This document shows positions 9,680 to 17,281 of a DNA stretch of 64,000 nt, in pieces. Where the stretch lies: NCBI GenBank assembly GCA_027262695.1, contig GCA_027262695.1_4722.1; one strand, given 5' to 3'. Made by a program: the position numbers and the translations under genes. Origin of the DNA: a phage. Under the pieces are notes generated by a model. The model saw only the letters and a program-made list of their open reading frames with translations. It ran no database searches and was not told the DNA's origin. Numbering within the stretch: position 1 is the stretch's first letter; every line of letters starts with the position of its first letter.

Positions 9680-10522
9680 TCACGCTTTCAAGTCTGAAAT
9701 ATCCCAACGTACGTAACCTGTACGCTCAATGTCGTCAACCAGTCGCTCGGTTTGATTTTCAACGCCAACGACGGGCACCCAATTTAAACGCCAGCGTCCA
9801 CCGACATTAACCTCAACACGCTGCAGATCTTCATTCCAACAAACCCCATTCGGTCTCAAAAAGCCCATCGGATGGATGTAGTCCTCATCGTAATCTTTCA
9901 ATAGCGCGAGAATATCGCTTCGGCTATAAGTCTTCACGCTTGCTAGATGTACGCTTTGTAGCTTATCACGCAGACCCCAACCGTACTCACTATCACGCCA
10001 TTCAGGCATGACAACCGGCAGTACATTCCGATGACGGATGTATTTTGCCGCTTCAGCAATATCAGCTGGGAGATGTATCCAACCTAAATCGCTGTTAGCG
10101 ACAAAATCAGGACTATCCATTTCATGGATGTAACGATCGTAAAGCGTAGCAGCGAGTCCTTCAGCAAGCACGTTTGTTGGAAGGAGGCAGTTGGCGCTTA
10201 TCTTGAAATCGAATACATCGGCATCAGGATCCACGTATGCGTAAAACCCGCGCGCAAAAGCACCGCCATGCTCTTTGAAGTAGTATTGGAACACAGCGTT
10301 TTGCATTCCGATGGGGTGGTAGTAAGCCAACACACGTTGTTCGCCGTCCGTGATTTCAATGAGCCGATCTTTCGGCTTCGGCCAGGTGATCTTCTCAACA
10401 TCGCAAACGCTGACGATCTTTCGTAGATTCACCTTGATATGTTCCGGGAGATGCCCGATTTCATTTTCATGATAAACACGGGTGATGACGTGATGAATAA
10501 CAGATTGTGGTTTAGCTGTCAT
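9680..10522 (-). CDS. hypothetical protein, tandem paralog B
   Basis: 280 aa; YYHPIGMQ, SDLGWIHL, HRNVLPVVM, HPMGF, GYVRWDISDL. Confidence 0.6.
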   Translation of the reverse strand: MTAKPQSVIHHVITRVYHENEIGHLPEHIKVNLRKIVSVCDVEKITWPKPKDRLIEITDGEQRVLAYYHPIGMQNAVFQYYFKEHGGAFARGFYAYVDPDADVFDFKISANCLLPTNVLAEGLAATLYDRYIHEMDSPDFVANSDLGWIHLPADIAEAAKYIRHRNVLPVVMPEWRDSEYGWGLRDKLQSVHLASVKTYSRSDILALLKDYDEDYIHPMGFLRPNGVCWNEDLQRVEVNVGGRWRLNWVPVVGVENQTERLVDDIERTGYVRWDISDLKA

Positions 10523-10554
10523 TTGACGTCTCCTTTTCGTTTGTTGGTGATGGT

Positions 10555-10854
10555 TTAGGGTTTAGGTTCCGTTTTGTATTGTGCGAGTAATGCGTTGATC
10601 TGCTCCCGTTGTTCTTTTAAGCATGTGGGAAGCTGGTCTTCCCGTACCGTTCCGATTTCCAACGTGATGTACCAACGTTGTTCGGAAGCCTGCCATTGAA
10701 AACTGCTCTGTAACCGAAGGATGTTGGGATCGCGTACCTTGCTTGCGCTGTAGCGATCGAACCAATCCAGATAAGCGGCTTTTCCTTCCTCGTCGGCAAC
10801 GTAACGCTGCACGCTGTTCTTGCCTTTGTTCTCGTATCCCGTGATGCGGATCAT
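10555..10854 (-). CDS. hypothetical small protein coupled to paralog C
   Basis: Start at ATG 10854 forms ATGA overlap with stop of 10851-11627. Confidence 0.4.
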   Translation of the reverse strand: MIRITGYENKGKNSVQRYVADEEGKAAYLDWFDRYSASKVRDPNILRLQSSFQWQASEQRWYITLEIGTVREDQLPTCLKEQREQINALLAQYKTEPKP

Positions 10855-11627
10855 GCGAACGTTTCTCCTGTAACGTGTTGCGGATAGCGTAGCATGGTAA
10901 CATCCCATTGTACGAATCCCTGCTGTTGGAGTTGTTGCATAACCGCTTCAACGTCTTGTCCTGGATGCGCAACCGGCAACCAACGTGTATCCAGCACCTT
11001 CGCTTCAAGGCGGGCTTTGCGCTTGTTCCAACGTACCTCGCTGATCCATGCGAAGCCAAGCGGATGCACCACCTGCGGGTAATGCACGCGCAGCAGGTTC
11101 TTCATCCGGCGAAGGATTGCAAGCCTGGCGTCAAGCGCGTATGGTTTCACCTGGTTAAGCTTGCGGGTGTAATACGTTCCCACGGTTTGGTTCGCCCAAC
11201 CAGGAAGCGCATGATGGGACCCAGCCTGCAATGTATTGTCCCCGTTCGTCTTCAACCAACCGTATTGCCCTGCCGCACGTCCTTTCTCATGTTCAACTTG
11301 TACCAGCTGATCGATGAACGAAGCATCAACGATACCGTGATCCACCTCATCCAACGCATAGCGCACCACCAACCCGCTCGCGCTCATCCGTGCGGGATGC
11401 TGGCTCCGATGCGCGTACCAAACCCTATTAACATGCAGCCGAGAAGGATACGTGTGTGCGCCACGCCAAAACACTTTTCCGAGAACACGTTCTCCACAGT
11501 ACACCATCACCCCTTTGTGATCGATTAGGTAATCCAACACCTTCATGCATTCCGCTTTGATGCTATCCGGTAATGCTAAGTATTCCTCTTCGGTGAACAC
11601 GGTATCAAAAATGATTTCATCGCTCAT
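10851..11627 (-). CDS. hypothetical protein, tandem paralog C (more divergent)
   Basis: 258 aa; HPLGFAWISEVRWN and GFVQWDVTML correspond to motifs in A and B. Confidence 0.55.
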   Translation of the reverse strand: MSDEIIFDTVFTEEEYLALPDSIKAECMKVLDYLIDHKGVMVYCGERVLGKVFWRGAHTYPSRLHVNRVWYAHRSQHPARMSASGLVVRYALDEVDHGIVDASFIDQLVQVEHEKGRAAGQYGWLKTNGDNTLQAGSHHALPGWANQTVGTYYTRKLNQVKPYALDARLAILRRMKNLLRVHYPQVVHPLGFAWISEVRWNKRKARLEAKVLDTRWLPVAHPGQDVEAVMQQLQQQGFVQWDVTMLRYPQHVTGETFA

Positions 11628-11677
11628 GGATAAAGTTCCTTGTTTTCACGTTGTTTGATTAACGTATTGATTTCTGA

Positions 11678-11712
11678 TGATGATAACATCGATATGTTTG
11701 CTGTTATCAAGA
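11678..11712 (-). promoter_or_regulatory. candidate sigma70-like promoter for the minus-strand early gene array
   Basis: On minus strand TTGATA, about 17 nt spacer, then GTTATCAT about 50 nt upstream of the 11627 start; by eye only. Confidence 0.25.
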
Positions 11713-11879
11713 AGGTAATATAGCCGTGAAAGGATTTGTATTACAGAAAGGATATTTGTTTTTAAGAAGGGACGATGGTTATCAGGAAGGAGGTTATCGG
11801 TAGGTGTAGGAGAGGGGATTTCAAGGAAGGTTTAAGAGGATAGTTATGTTGTTTAGTTGAGAGTTTGCTAAAATAGCTT

Positions 11880-12070
11880 TATCGTTATCTTAGTTTATCT
11901 GTGTATTCGTTAGGTATCTTGATTTATCTTCTTAATGATCTTTTCAAAAGTGTTATCATGGTTATCTTAGGTTATGTCTTAATTGTTTTATCTTGGTATG
12001 TTTAAGTTGTTTTAAGTTATCTGTTTATCTATCTTGTTATCTTGTTTAAGTTGTTAATGGCTTATCTTCA
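11880..12070. repeat. iteron-like cluster: at least 9 copies of TTATCT plus two copies of GTTTAAGTTGTT
   Basis: Direct repeats read from sequence inside a roughly 950-bp ORF-poor AT-rich island (11628-12584). Confidence 0.55.
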
Positions 12071-12073
12071 AAA

Positions 12074-12130
12074 CAATGGATAACATGTGTTTACTACGCT
12101 CGTTGAGTTATAACTCAACGGTAACACATG
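12074..12130. repeat. nested palindrome ACATGTGTT...CGTTGAGTTATAACTCAACG...AACACATGT
   Basis: Perfect 20-bp palindrome CGTTGAGTTA/TAACTCAACG flanked by 9-bp outer inverted repeat. Confidence 0.5.
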
Positions 12131-12536
12131 TCATCTGTGCATTACACTACGTTACATGCTTATCAACGTTTTGTGAAGACAAAACGTTCAACTCTAAAAA
12201 ACCATTTGTGATACTCTTCTTCACGTTGTTCATCAGAGTATCTCGTCTATCCTCACTGCGTTCGCATACGACATCACCGTTATACGCTAACGCTACGCTT
12301 ATAGCTTATAACTCTAAGGATAAAAACATAAACTCGCTTCGCTCGTTTAGTTTTTCTTTTTCTTAGAGTTATCATGTTGCTCGTCTCTAAAGGACTTCGC
12401 TCCTCCCCCGTCCCCCGAAGGGGCCGAGGTCGTGGAAATTTTACTTTCCAAATACATTTACAACGTCTGTAAACTTTTACCGACACATACCTAATCTTAT
12501 ATTTAAAATTAGAAAAAGAGAAAATACGAACATAAC

Positions 12537-12566
12537 CCTCCTCCAACCCGGAAGGGAAGGAGGAGG
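12537..12566. terminator. hairpin CCTCCTCC-AA-CCC-GGAA-GGG-AA-GGAGGAGG (canonical family member)
   Basis: Read directly; immediately downstream of stop of 12585-13478. Confidence 0.55.
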
Positions 12567-12584
12567 TGATAACAGTCTATTTAA

Positions 12585-13478
12585 TTAATCGGAAGTGTTA
12601 TAACCGAATACTGCTTTACCGTAGGTGTGAGTACCATCACTGAGTGACAATACTAATACGTGGTTATACGCATCGTTAACACCCTTGTCGGTAGAATCGG
12701 TGGTAACACCGTTGTAGACAAAGGTAGCTGATTGCAGATTGGTTTTCAGTTCATTGATGATATCATCACTTACACCAGTCTGCTCTTTAATCAGAGTAGT
12801 CAGGTTACCTGCTAAGCTTGCGTCGAGATTTACTTCGTTGCCAGTAATAGCTTGTAAACCTGAAGCGTAAGTACTGAAGTCTAACGGATAGGTTAACAGA
12901 CGTGCTGACGTTTTGGTACCATTGCCTTCATCAACGTAGGTTAAGTTACCCAGGTTGGTAACCTTGATAATGTTAGACAGATCCAGCGTTGTGTTATAAA
13001 CTTTAACTTGAACAGAACCATACCAAGCCAACGAATCTTCTTTGGCTTCCAGGGTAACGGTTTGGATACCTGACTGATCAAAGGTAACGGGATTAGATAA
13101 CGTTTCAGCTTTGATGTCTTTTGTTTTATCCAGGAACTTCTCGCCGGAAGGCGTAACCATACCGTAGCGTTGAGCTACGAGGTCGACCACGTCACCGATG
13201 GTGGTGTTTGCTTCAACACTAACGCGCACCGCGATCTTCTGGAACCATTTAGCCAGATCCAGACGATGATAGGTGACATCGCGGGTATTGAAGTACGGTG
13301 TACCATCACCCGGACTGAGTGTTAATGTTGCTGCACTATCAGAATCGCTTTTGGATTTAAGAACGTATTTGAGATCAGTGTATTTGAAACTGGCTCCCGT
13401 ATCGGCGTTAAGCTGGTTGATCTCATCAACGATAAGTTGCCACGGTGTTTTCAAAGTAAGTGATACTCGACTTGACAT
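12585..13478 (-). CDS. putative tail/baseplate-associated structural protein, member of 4-copy paralog family
   Basis: 297 aa; shares Y-x-R-[IL]-D-L and LAW-[YT]-GSV motifs with 24541-25446, 26363-27214, 27225-28160. Confidence 0.55.
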   Translation of the reverse strand: MSSRVSLTLKTPWQLIVDEINQLNADTGASFKYTDLKYVLKSKSDSDSAATLTLSPGDGTPYFNTRDVTYHRLDLAKWFQKIAVRVSVEANTTIGDVVDLVAQRYGMVTPSGEKFLDKTKDIKAETLSNPVTFDQSGIQTVTLEAKEDSLAWYGSVQVKVYNTTLDLSNIIKVTNLGNLTYVDEGNGTKTSARLLTYPLDFSTYASGLQAITGNEVNLDASLAGNLTTLIKEQTGVSDDIINELKTNLQSATFVYNGVTTDSTDKGVNDAYNHVLVLSLSDGTHTYGKAVFGYNTSD

Positions 13479-13620
13479 TTTTTTACCTCGATGGTTGTTA
13501 CATCACTCTCAAAAGATGTAAATGTTTACAGAAAATAATATATTTTATATTTAATGTAAATGATATGGAGAACGACTCCGAATCTCCTTTTCGACCATCA
13601 AAATCAGAGGACACACAGTC
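13479..13620. promoter_or_regulatory. AT-rich divergent intergenic region, likely divergent promoters
   Basis: 142 bp between divergently oriented starts; contains TATATTTTATATTTAATG. Confidence 0.3.
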
Positions 13621-14163
13621 ATGGCCTTAGACTTTAACAAAGCAGCGAAATCCCTTCTGCTCGATCTTATCAACACCAAAGCAACTCGCACACTGACCGA
13701 AGAAGAACTGCAGTTCGGTACTCCGGGGGCATCTTCCGAACATTCTAAGAACACCGTTATTCAGCTGGATGCTGCGGATGAAGCAGAAAACCTGCAGGGT
13801 ACTCAGCAGTTCTACTACGATCGTCTGGCTCTATCTGACGTTTTCGCTGATGTAACCGGCGATGTTACTTTCGAACTGCCGCACGGTACTGAAAGCATCC
13901 AGGCTTCCGAGCTGGTAAGCAAGCTGGTCACCAAATTCGGCCTGGCTTCCCTGACCGGTGAAATCAAAGAAGAAACCTTCCAGCTGTCTGCAGGTACTGT
14001 TGGTCAGGTAACTCTGAGCGCGATCGAGAACGGTCTGGTATATACCGGCACTCTGCAGGTTGCTCTGACCTATGCAGCAGCACCGAAAGACGAACTGGCA
14101 ACCGTTCTGGCGAATAACGTAGCTGAAGGTTTCGTGAAACCTGAAGTAGCTGTCGTTGGCTAA
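13621..14163 (+). CDS. abundant small virion protein (decoration or tube-like; function not resolved)
   Basis: 180 aa ORF with strongly host-optimal codon choice (CTG, CGT, GGT, GAA, AAA) unlike neighbours. Confidence 0.55.
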   Translation: MALDFNKAAKSLLLDLINTKATRTLTEEELQFGTPGASSEHSKNTVIQLDAADEAENLQGTQQFYYDRLALSDVFADVTGDVTFELPHGTESIQASELVSKLVTKFGLASLTGEIKEETFQLSAGTVGQVTLSAIENGLVYTGTLQVALTYAAAPKDELATVLANNVAEGFVKPEVAVVG

Positions 14164-14362
14164 TAAGCACGTAGAGCAATAGTATGGGTTTTGTACAGCT
14201 CGGCTATTGCTCTTCTACAATTTGGTTGTAACAATCTGCGTGGTTGCACGCTTATCTTTCTCATTGAACGCTTCGTATGATGCGTGGTGTTGAAAGGGTT
14301 GTGGATCTCCTCAAGCGGCCAGGGACCCAGACCAACCTGAATAAACACAAACACATGTTAAG

Positions 14363-14394
14363 CCCCTCCTCATCCGTTATTGGGTGGGGAGGGG
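14363..14394. terminator. hairpin CCCCTCCTCATCC / GGGTGGGGAGGGG
   Basis: 13-bp stem with two G-U pairs at convergent ends of 13621-14163 and 14458-15093. Confidence 0.45.
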
Positions 14395-14457
14395 TCTTAT
14401 ACGTCTTTATGCGTTCCGTTCGTTCTGGAGCGTTTTAGAACGGTTTACGACAGGGTT

Positions 14458-15093
14458 TTATTCAGCACTGAAACCGTTCAAACGGATAGCTTCGTAACGT
14501 TTACGTTCACGACGTTTACGCGCCTGCCAACCGTAAATGAACTTCTCGTCTTTCTCACGACGTTCAGCTAATTCGATGTAATACATGCTCTGCATATCCA
14601 GCATCGCGTCGATAAGGTAATCTTTACCTTGCTCGCCACGTTTTGCGATATAAGCGTCCAACGCACCTAAGGTTTTAGGTCCCATCCCACCATCAGCGTC
14701 AATATCTTTCCAGTAAGTTTGACGGTTGTTCATGACGTTGAGGTAACGCTGGAGGTTCTTAACGGCAACGGATTTGCCTGCATTGATACCCAGATCAAAG
14801 AGACGGTCAGCTAAGAACACGGAACGCTTCATGACGTCATCAAGCTTCATCTTATCCCAGAAGTGGGTTTTGTAGATGAAGAACGCCATGTCGTAGGTCA
14901 GATTGCGCATATTACCATTCCAACCGAATTTCGTTTTCAGCGTGGTTTTGTATTGATCGGCGAGCGCTTTCGTAATTCCCATCATGGTTTCATTACCGCT
15001 GTCATCTGGGTCGTTGACGTATCCCGCCTCGATGTTGGTTTTATCACGAATGATGAATTCGCAGGTAAAATCTTTTTCAGTAATCTTGGTCAT
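14458..15093 (-). CDS. endolysin, GH108-type N-acetylmuramidase with C-terminal peptidoglycan-binding region
   Basis: N-terminal EAGYVNDPDDSGNETMMGIT matches GH108 signature EGGYxxDPxDxGGxTxxGIT. Confidence 0.7.
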   Translation of the reverse strand: MTKITEKDFTCEFIIRDKTNIEAGYVNDPDDSGNETMMGITKALADQYKTTLKTKFGWNGNMRNLTYDMAFFIYKTHFWDKMKLDDVMKRSVFLADRLFDLGINAGKSVAVKNLQRYLNVMNNRQTYWKDIDADGGMGPKTLGALDAYIAKRGEQGKDYLIDAMLDMQSMYYIELAERREKDEKFIYGWQARKRRERKRYEAIRLNGFSAE

Positions 15094-15195
15094 TAGAACT
15101 CCTCGTTTAGATAACGATTTAGAGGAACAGGAAGGCCCTAGAACGCGATAAACGATTTAAACCAGGCAAACCCTAGATTAAACTTTTCGAAGCGT

Positions 15196-15209
15196 TAGAA
15201 CGCGTTCTA
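15196..15209. promoter_or_regulatory. palindrome TAGAACGCGTTCTA upstream of endolysin, with additional CTAGAACGCG half-site at 15136-15145
   Basis: Read directly; located 100-130 bp upstream of the endolysin start. Confidence 0.35.
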
Positions 15210-15219
15210 GAGCGTGAAA

Positions 15220-17268
15220 TTAAATACCCTTGGTTCCTTTCACGCGGTGCGCAATTTCTTCAACCATTGCACGCAAGGCACGAAGCTGTTGGTCGTGTTC
15301 GTACCAACCGCCTAACAGAACCCCGCTATACACCATGGTGTCCAGACTTAACAGTCCTTTATCTGATACGTTGATCATTTCAGGGAACTGTTCTTGTACA
15401 CGTTGTGCGATAACACCGATCTTCTCAACATCAGGATCGTAGTCGTGACGGAAACGGGCAAGCCCGGTGTATGCCATTTCACGTAAACGATCACTGAAAG
15501 ATTCTGGATGGTCTTTCAGATAACGGATGTCGTGTTTACTACGCTCATCTGAACGGATGTATGCGTTAGGAACATCGATGTTGCTGTTGAAGTACAACGC
15601 GCTACCACCACCTGCAGAGTTACCCCAATAGAAGCTAGTAAGAATGCTACCGCCATTACCTGTAACATGCACGGTGCTTCCCACCCTCGTTCCACCGCTA
15701 CCATCAACGAAGACCAGTTTGTTTCCGCTGTAAGAACCCCAGAACAGACGACTATCGATGATGTTGGTTGCGGCGAGGCGGGCGTTACGTGGTGTAGAAT
15801 AGACGGTGTTGATATCTTGCTGCGCCTGTGCGTCAGAAGCGATACCGTAGTTCTGCACATTACCTAAACCTACTTGGGCTTTTGTAACAGCGTGAGGGTT
15901 GTCTCGACGGTTAGCGTGATTGTTAACCAGATCGCCCGCCAATTTCTGAATTGCCCAGTTGGTAGACTGTGGCGTCATGTAACGGTTAGTTGCAGAACCA
16001 CCTTGCGCCTCAGCTTGGTTAGCGGTTGGGTAGTTCTCAACGCTTCCTAACCCTACTTGTGCCTTAGACACTTGGTGCGGGTTATTCTTGTCGGCAATAT
16101 GTGCATTAAGCGGAACTAACGCGAAGGTCTCGATGGACGCTTTGGTTGTGTTCGGTGCCATTAATCGGTTAGCTGCAACCCCAGCACGTGCTTCATCCTC
16201 CGAAGCCATCGGATAGTCTTGCACATTACCTAATCCTACCTGCGCTTTGGTCACCTTGTGCGGGTTGTTGTAATCGGTTTTATGTGCGTTAAGCGGAATC
16301 AATGCGAATTGTTCAATCGCTGCAACGGTACGTAGCGGCGTCATGAATCGGTTATTCGCTGTTCCGTCCTTCGCCTCGCTATCCGAAGCGGTCGGGAAGT
16401 TATCAACGTTCCCAAGGTTAACCTGTGCTTTGGTAACGCTATGTGGGTTATCTTTACGATTAGCGTGAGCGTCGACTAGATCCCCACCCAGTTTAGCAAT
16501 CGCCCATCCAACCGTTTGTGCGGTCATGTATCGGTCAGGTGCTGTACCGGCTTCTGCCTCCGCCTTGTTTGCGGTAGGATAGTTCTGTACATTACCTAAA
16601 CCTACTTGGGCTTTTGTGGTTTCGTGCGGGTTATCGGTACGGTTAGCATGCGCGTAATGCAGATCGGTAAGGTCTTTATCCGCCGCTTGCATGTCTTTAC
16701 GTAGCTGATCGATTGCCGCCCAGAGACGGTTATCGGACGCAGCATCACCGATAAGTATTGCGGCTTTCAGCGAATAGATCGCTAAGCAAAGATGTTCGGT
16801 ACCGTAGATAGCACTAACATGGTGGATGTGTGGTTCAGGCGGATAAAGTTCCGGTTTGTTCTTGATGTCGTCCCAGTTGATCGGACGATCGTCAAGTTTG
16901 AGTTCTTCGATAGCCTGATATAACGCGTCAATAAGACTTACGTAAACACCACCGATGATACGATAGTCGTTAATTAACGTCCCCTCGATATCATCGTTGA
17001 TGATGGCGATCGCCGCACAGATTTCTTTACCTGCGTAAAGCGTCGCATCCTGATACAAGAAGATGGGTTTATAATCCACGCCTCGTACCAGTGTCTTACC
17101 GGTAAGCTTTTCAGTGATGACCAGACTTTCGGTAAAGAACGGTCCGCCATCAAGGGCGTAACATTTATTCTCGGTTCGTGGAACGGTATGCTCTTCACCA
17201 ACGATGTGGTTGCTGGCGAGTGTACCGGTCCAGTCCTCGGGGTACTTCAGGGTAATTGGTGTCGACAT
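15220..17268 (-). CDS. tail fibre protein with five NPH-x-VTKAQVGLGNV repeats and C-terminal S74-type intramolecular chaperone domain
   Basis: Repeats DNPHETTKAQVGLGNVQNY etc.; C-terminal IRSDERSKHDIRYL matches S-D-x-R-x-K auto-cleavage motif. Confidence 0.7.
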   Translation of the reverse strand: MSTPITLKYPEDWTGTLASNHIVGEEHTVPRTENKCYALDGGPFFTESLVITEKLTGKTLVRGVDYKPIFLYQDATLYAGKEICAAIAIINDDIEGTLINDYRIIGGVYVSLIDALYQAIEELKLDDRPINWDDIKNKPELYPPEPHIHHVSAIYGTEHLCLAIYSLKAAILIGDAASDNRLWAAIDQLRKDMQAADKDLTDLHYAHANRTDNPHETTKAQVGLGNVQNYPTANKAEAEAGTAPDRYMTAQTVGWAIAKLGGDLVDAHANRKDNPHSVTKAQVNLGNVDNFPTASDSEAKDGTANNRFMTPLRTVAAIEQFALIPLNAHKTDYNNPHKVTKAQVGLGNVQDYPMASEDEARAGVAANRLMAPNTTKASIETFALVPLNAHIADKNNPHQVSKAQVGLGSVENYPTANQAEAQGGSATNRYMTPQSTNWAIQKLAGDLVNNHANRRDNPHAVTKAQVGLGNVQNYGIASDAQAQQDINTVYSTPRNARLAATNIIDSRLFWGSYSGNKLVFVDGSGGTRVGSTVHVTGNGGSILTSFYWGNSAGGGSALYFNSNIDVPNAYIRSDERSKHDIRYLKDHPESFSDRLREMAYTGLARFRHDYDPDVEKIGVIAQRVQEQFPEMINVSDKGLLSLDTMVYSGVLLGGWYEHDQQLRALRAMVEEIAHRVKGTKGI

Positions 17269-17281
17269 AACCTGGAGGTCC

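Noticed and set aside
10908-11528. Plus-strand ORFs (10908-11528, 10894-11082) overlapping paralog C
   Set aside because: Lie entirely within a better-supported minus-strand gene; Cys/His/Arg-rich junk-like translation.
12076-12546. ORFs 12076-12366 (+) and 12280-12546 (-) inside the AT-rich island
   Set aside because: Low-complexity translations, no RBS, mutually overlapping; region better explained as non-coding repeats.
11628-12584. Possible tRNA gene or CRISPR array in the repeat island
   Set aside because: No cloverleaf-compatible segment with a GTTC-type T-loop found by eye; repeats are short (6-12 bp), irregularly spaced and lack a repeat-spacer structure. A tRNAscan run would be the decisive test.
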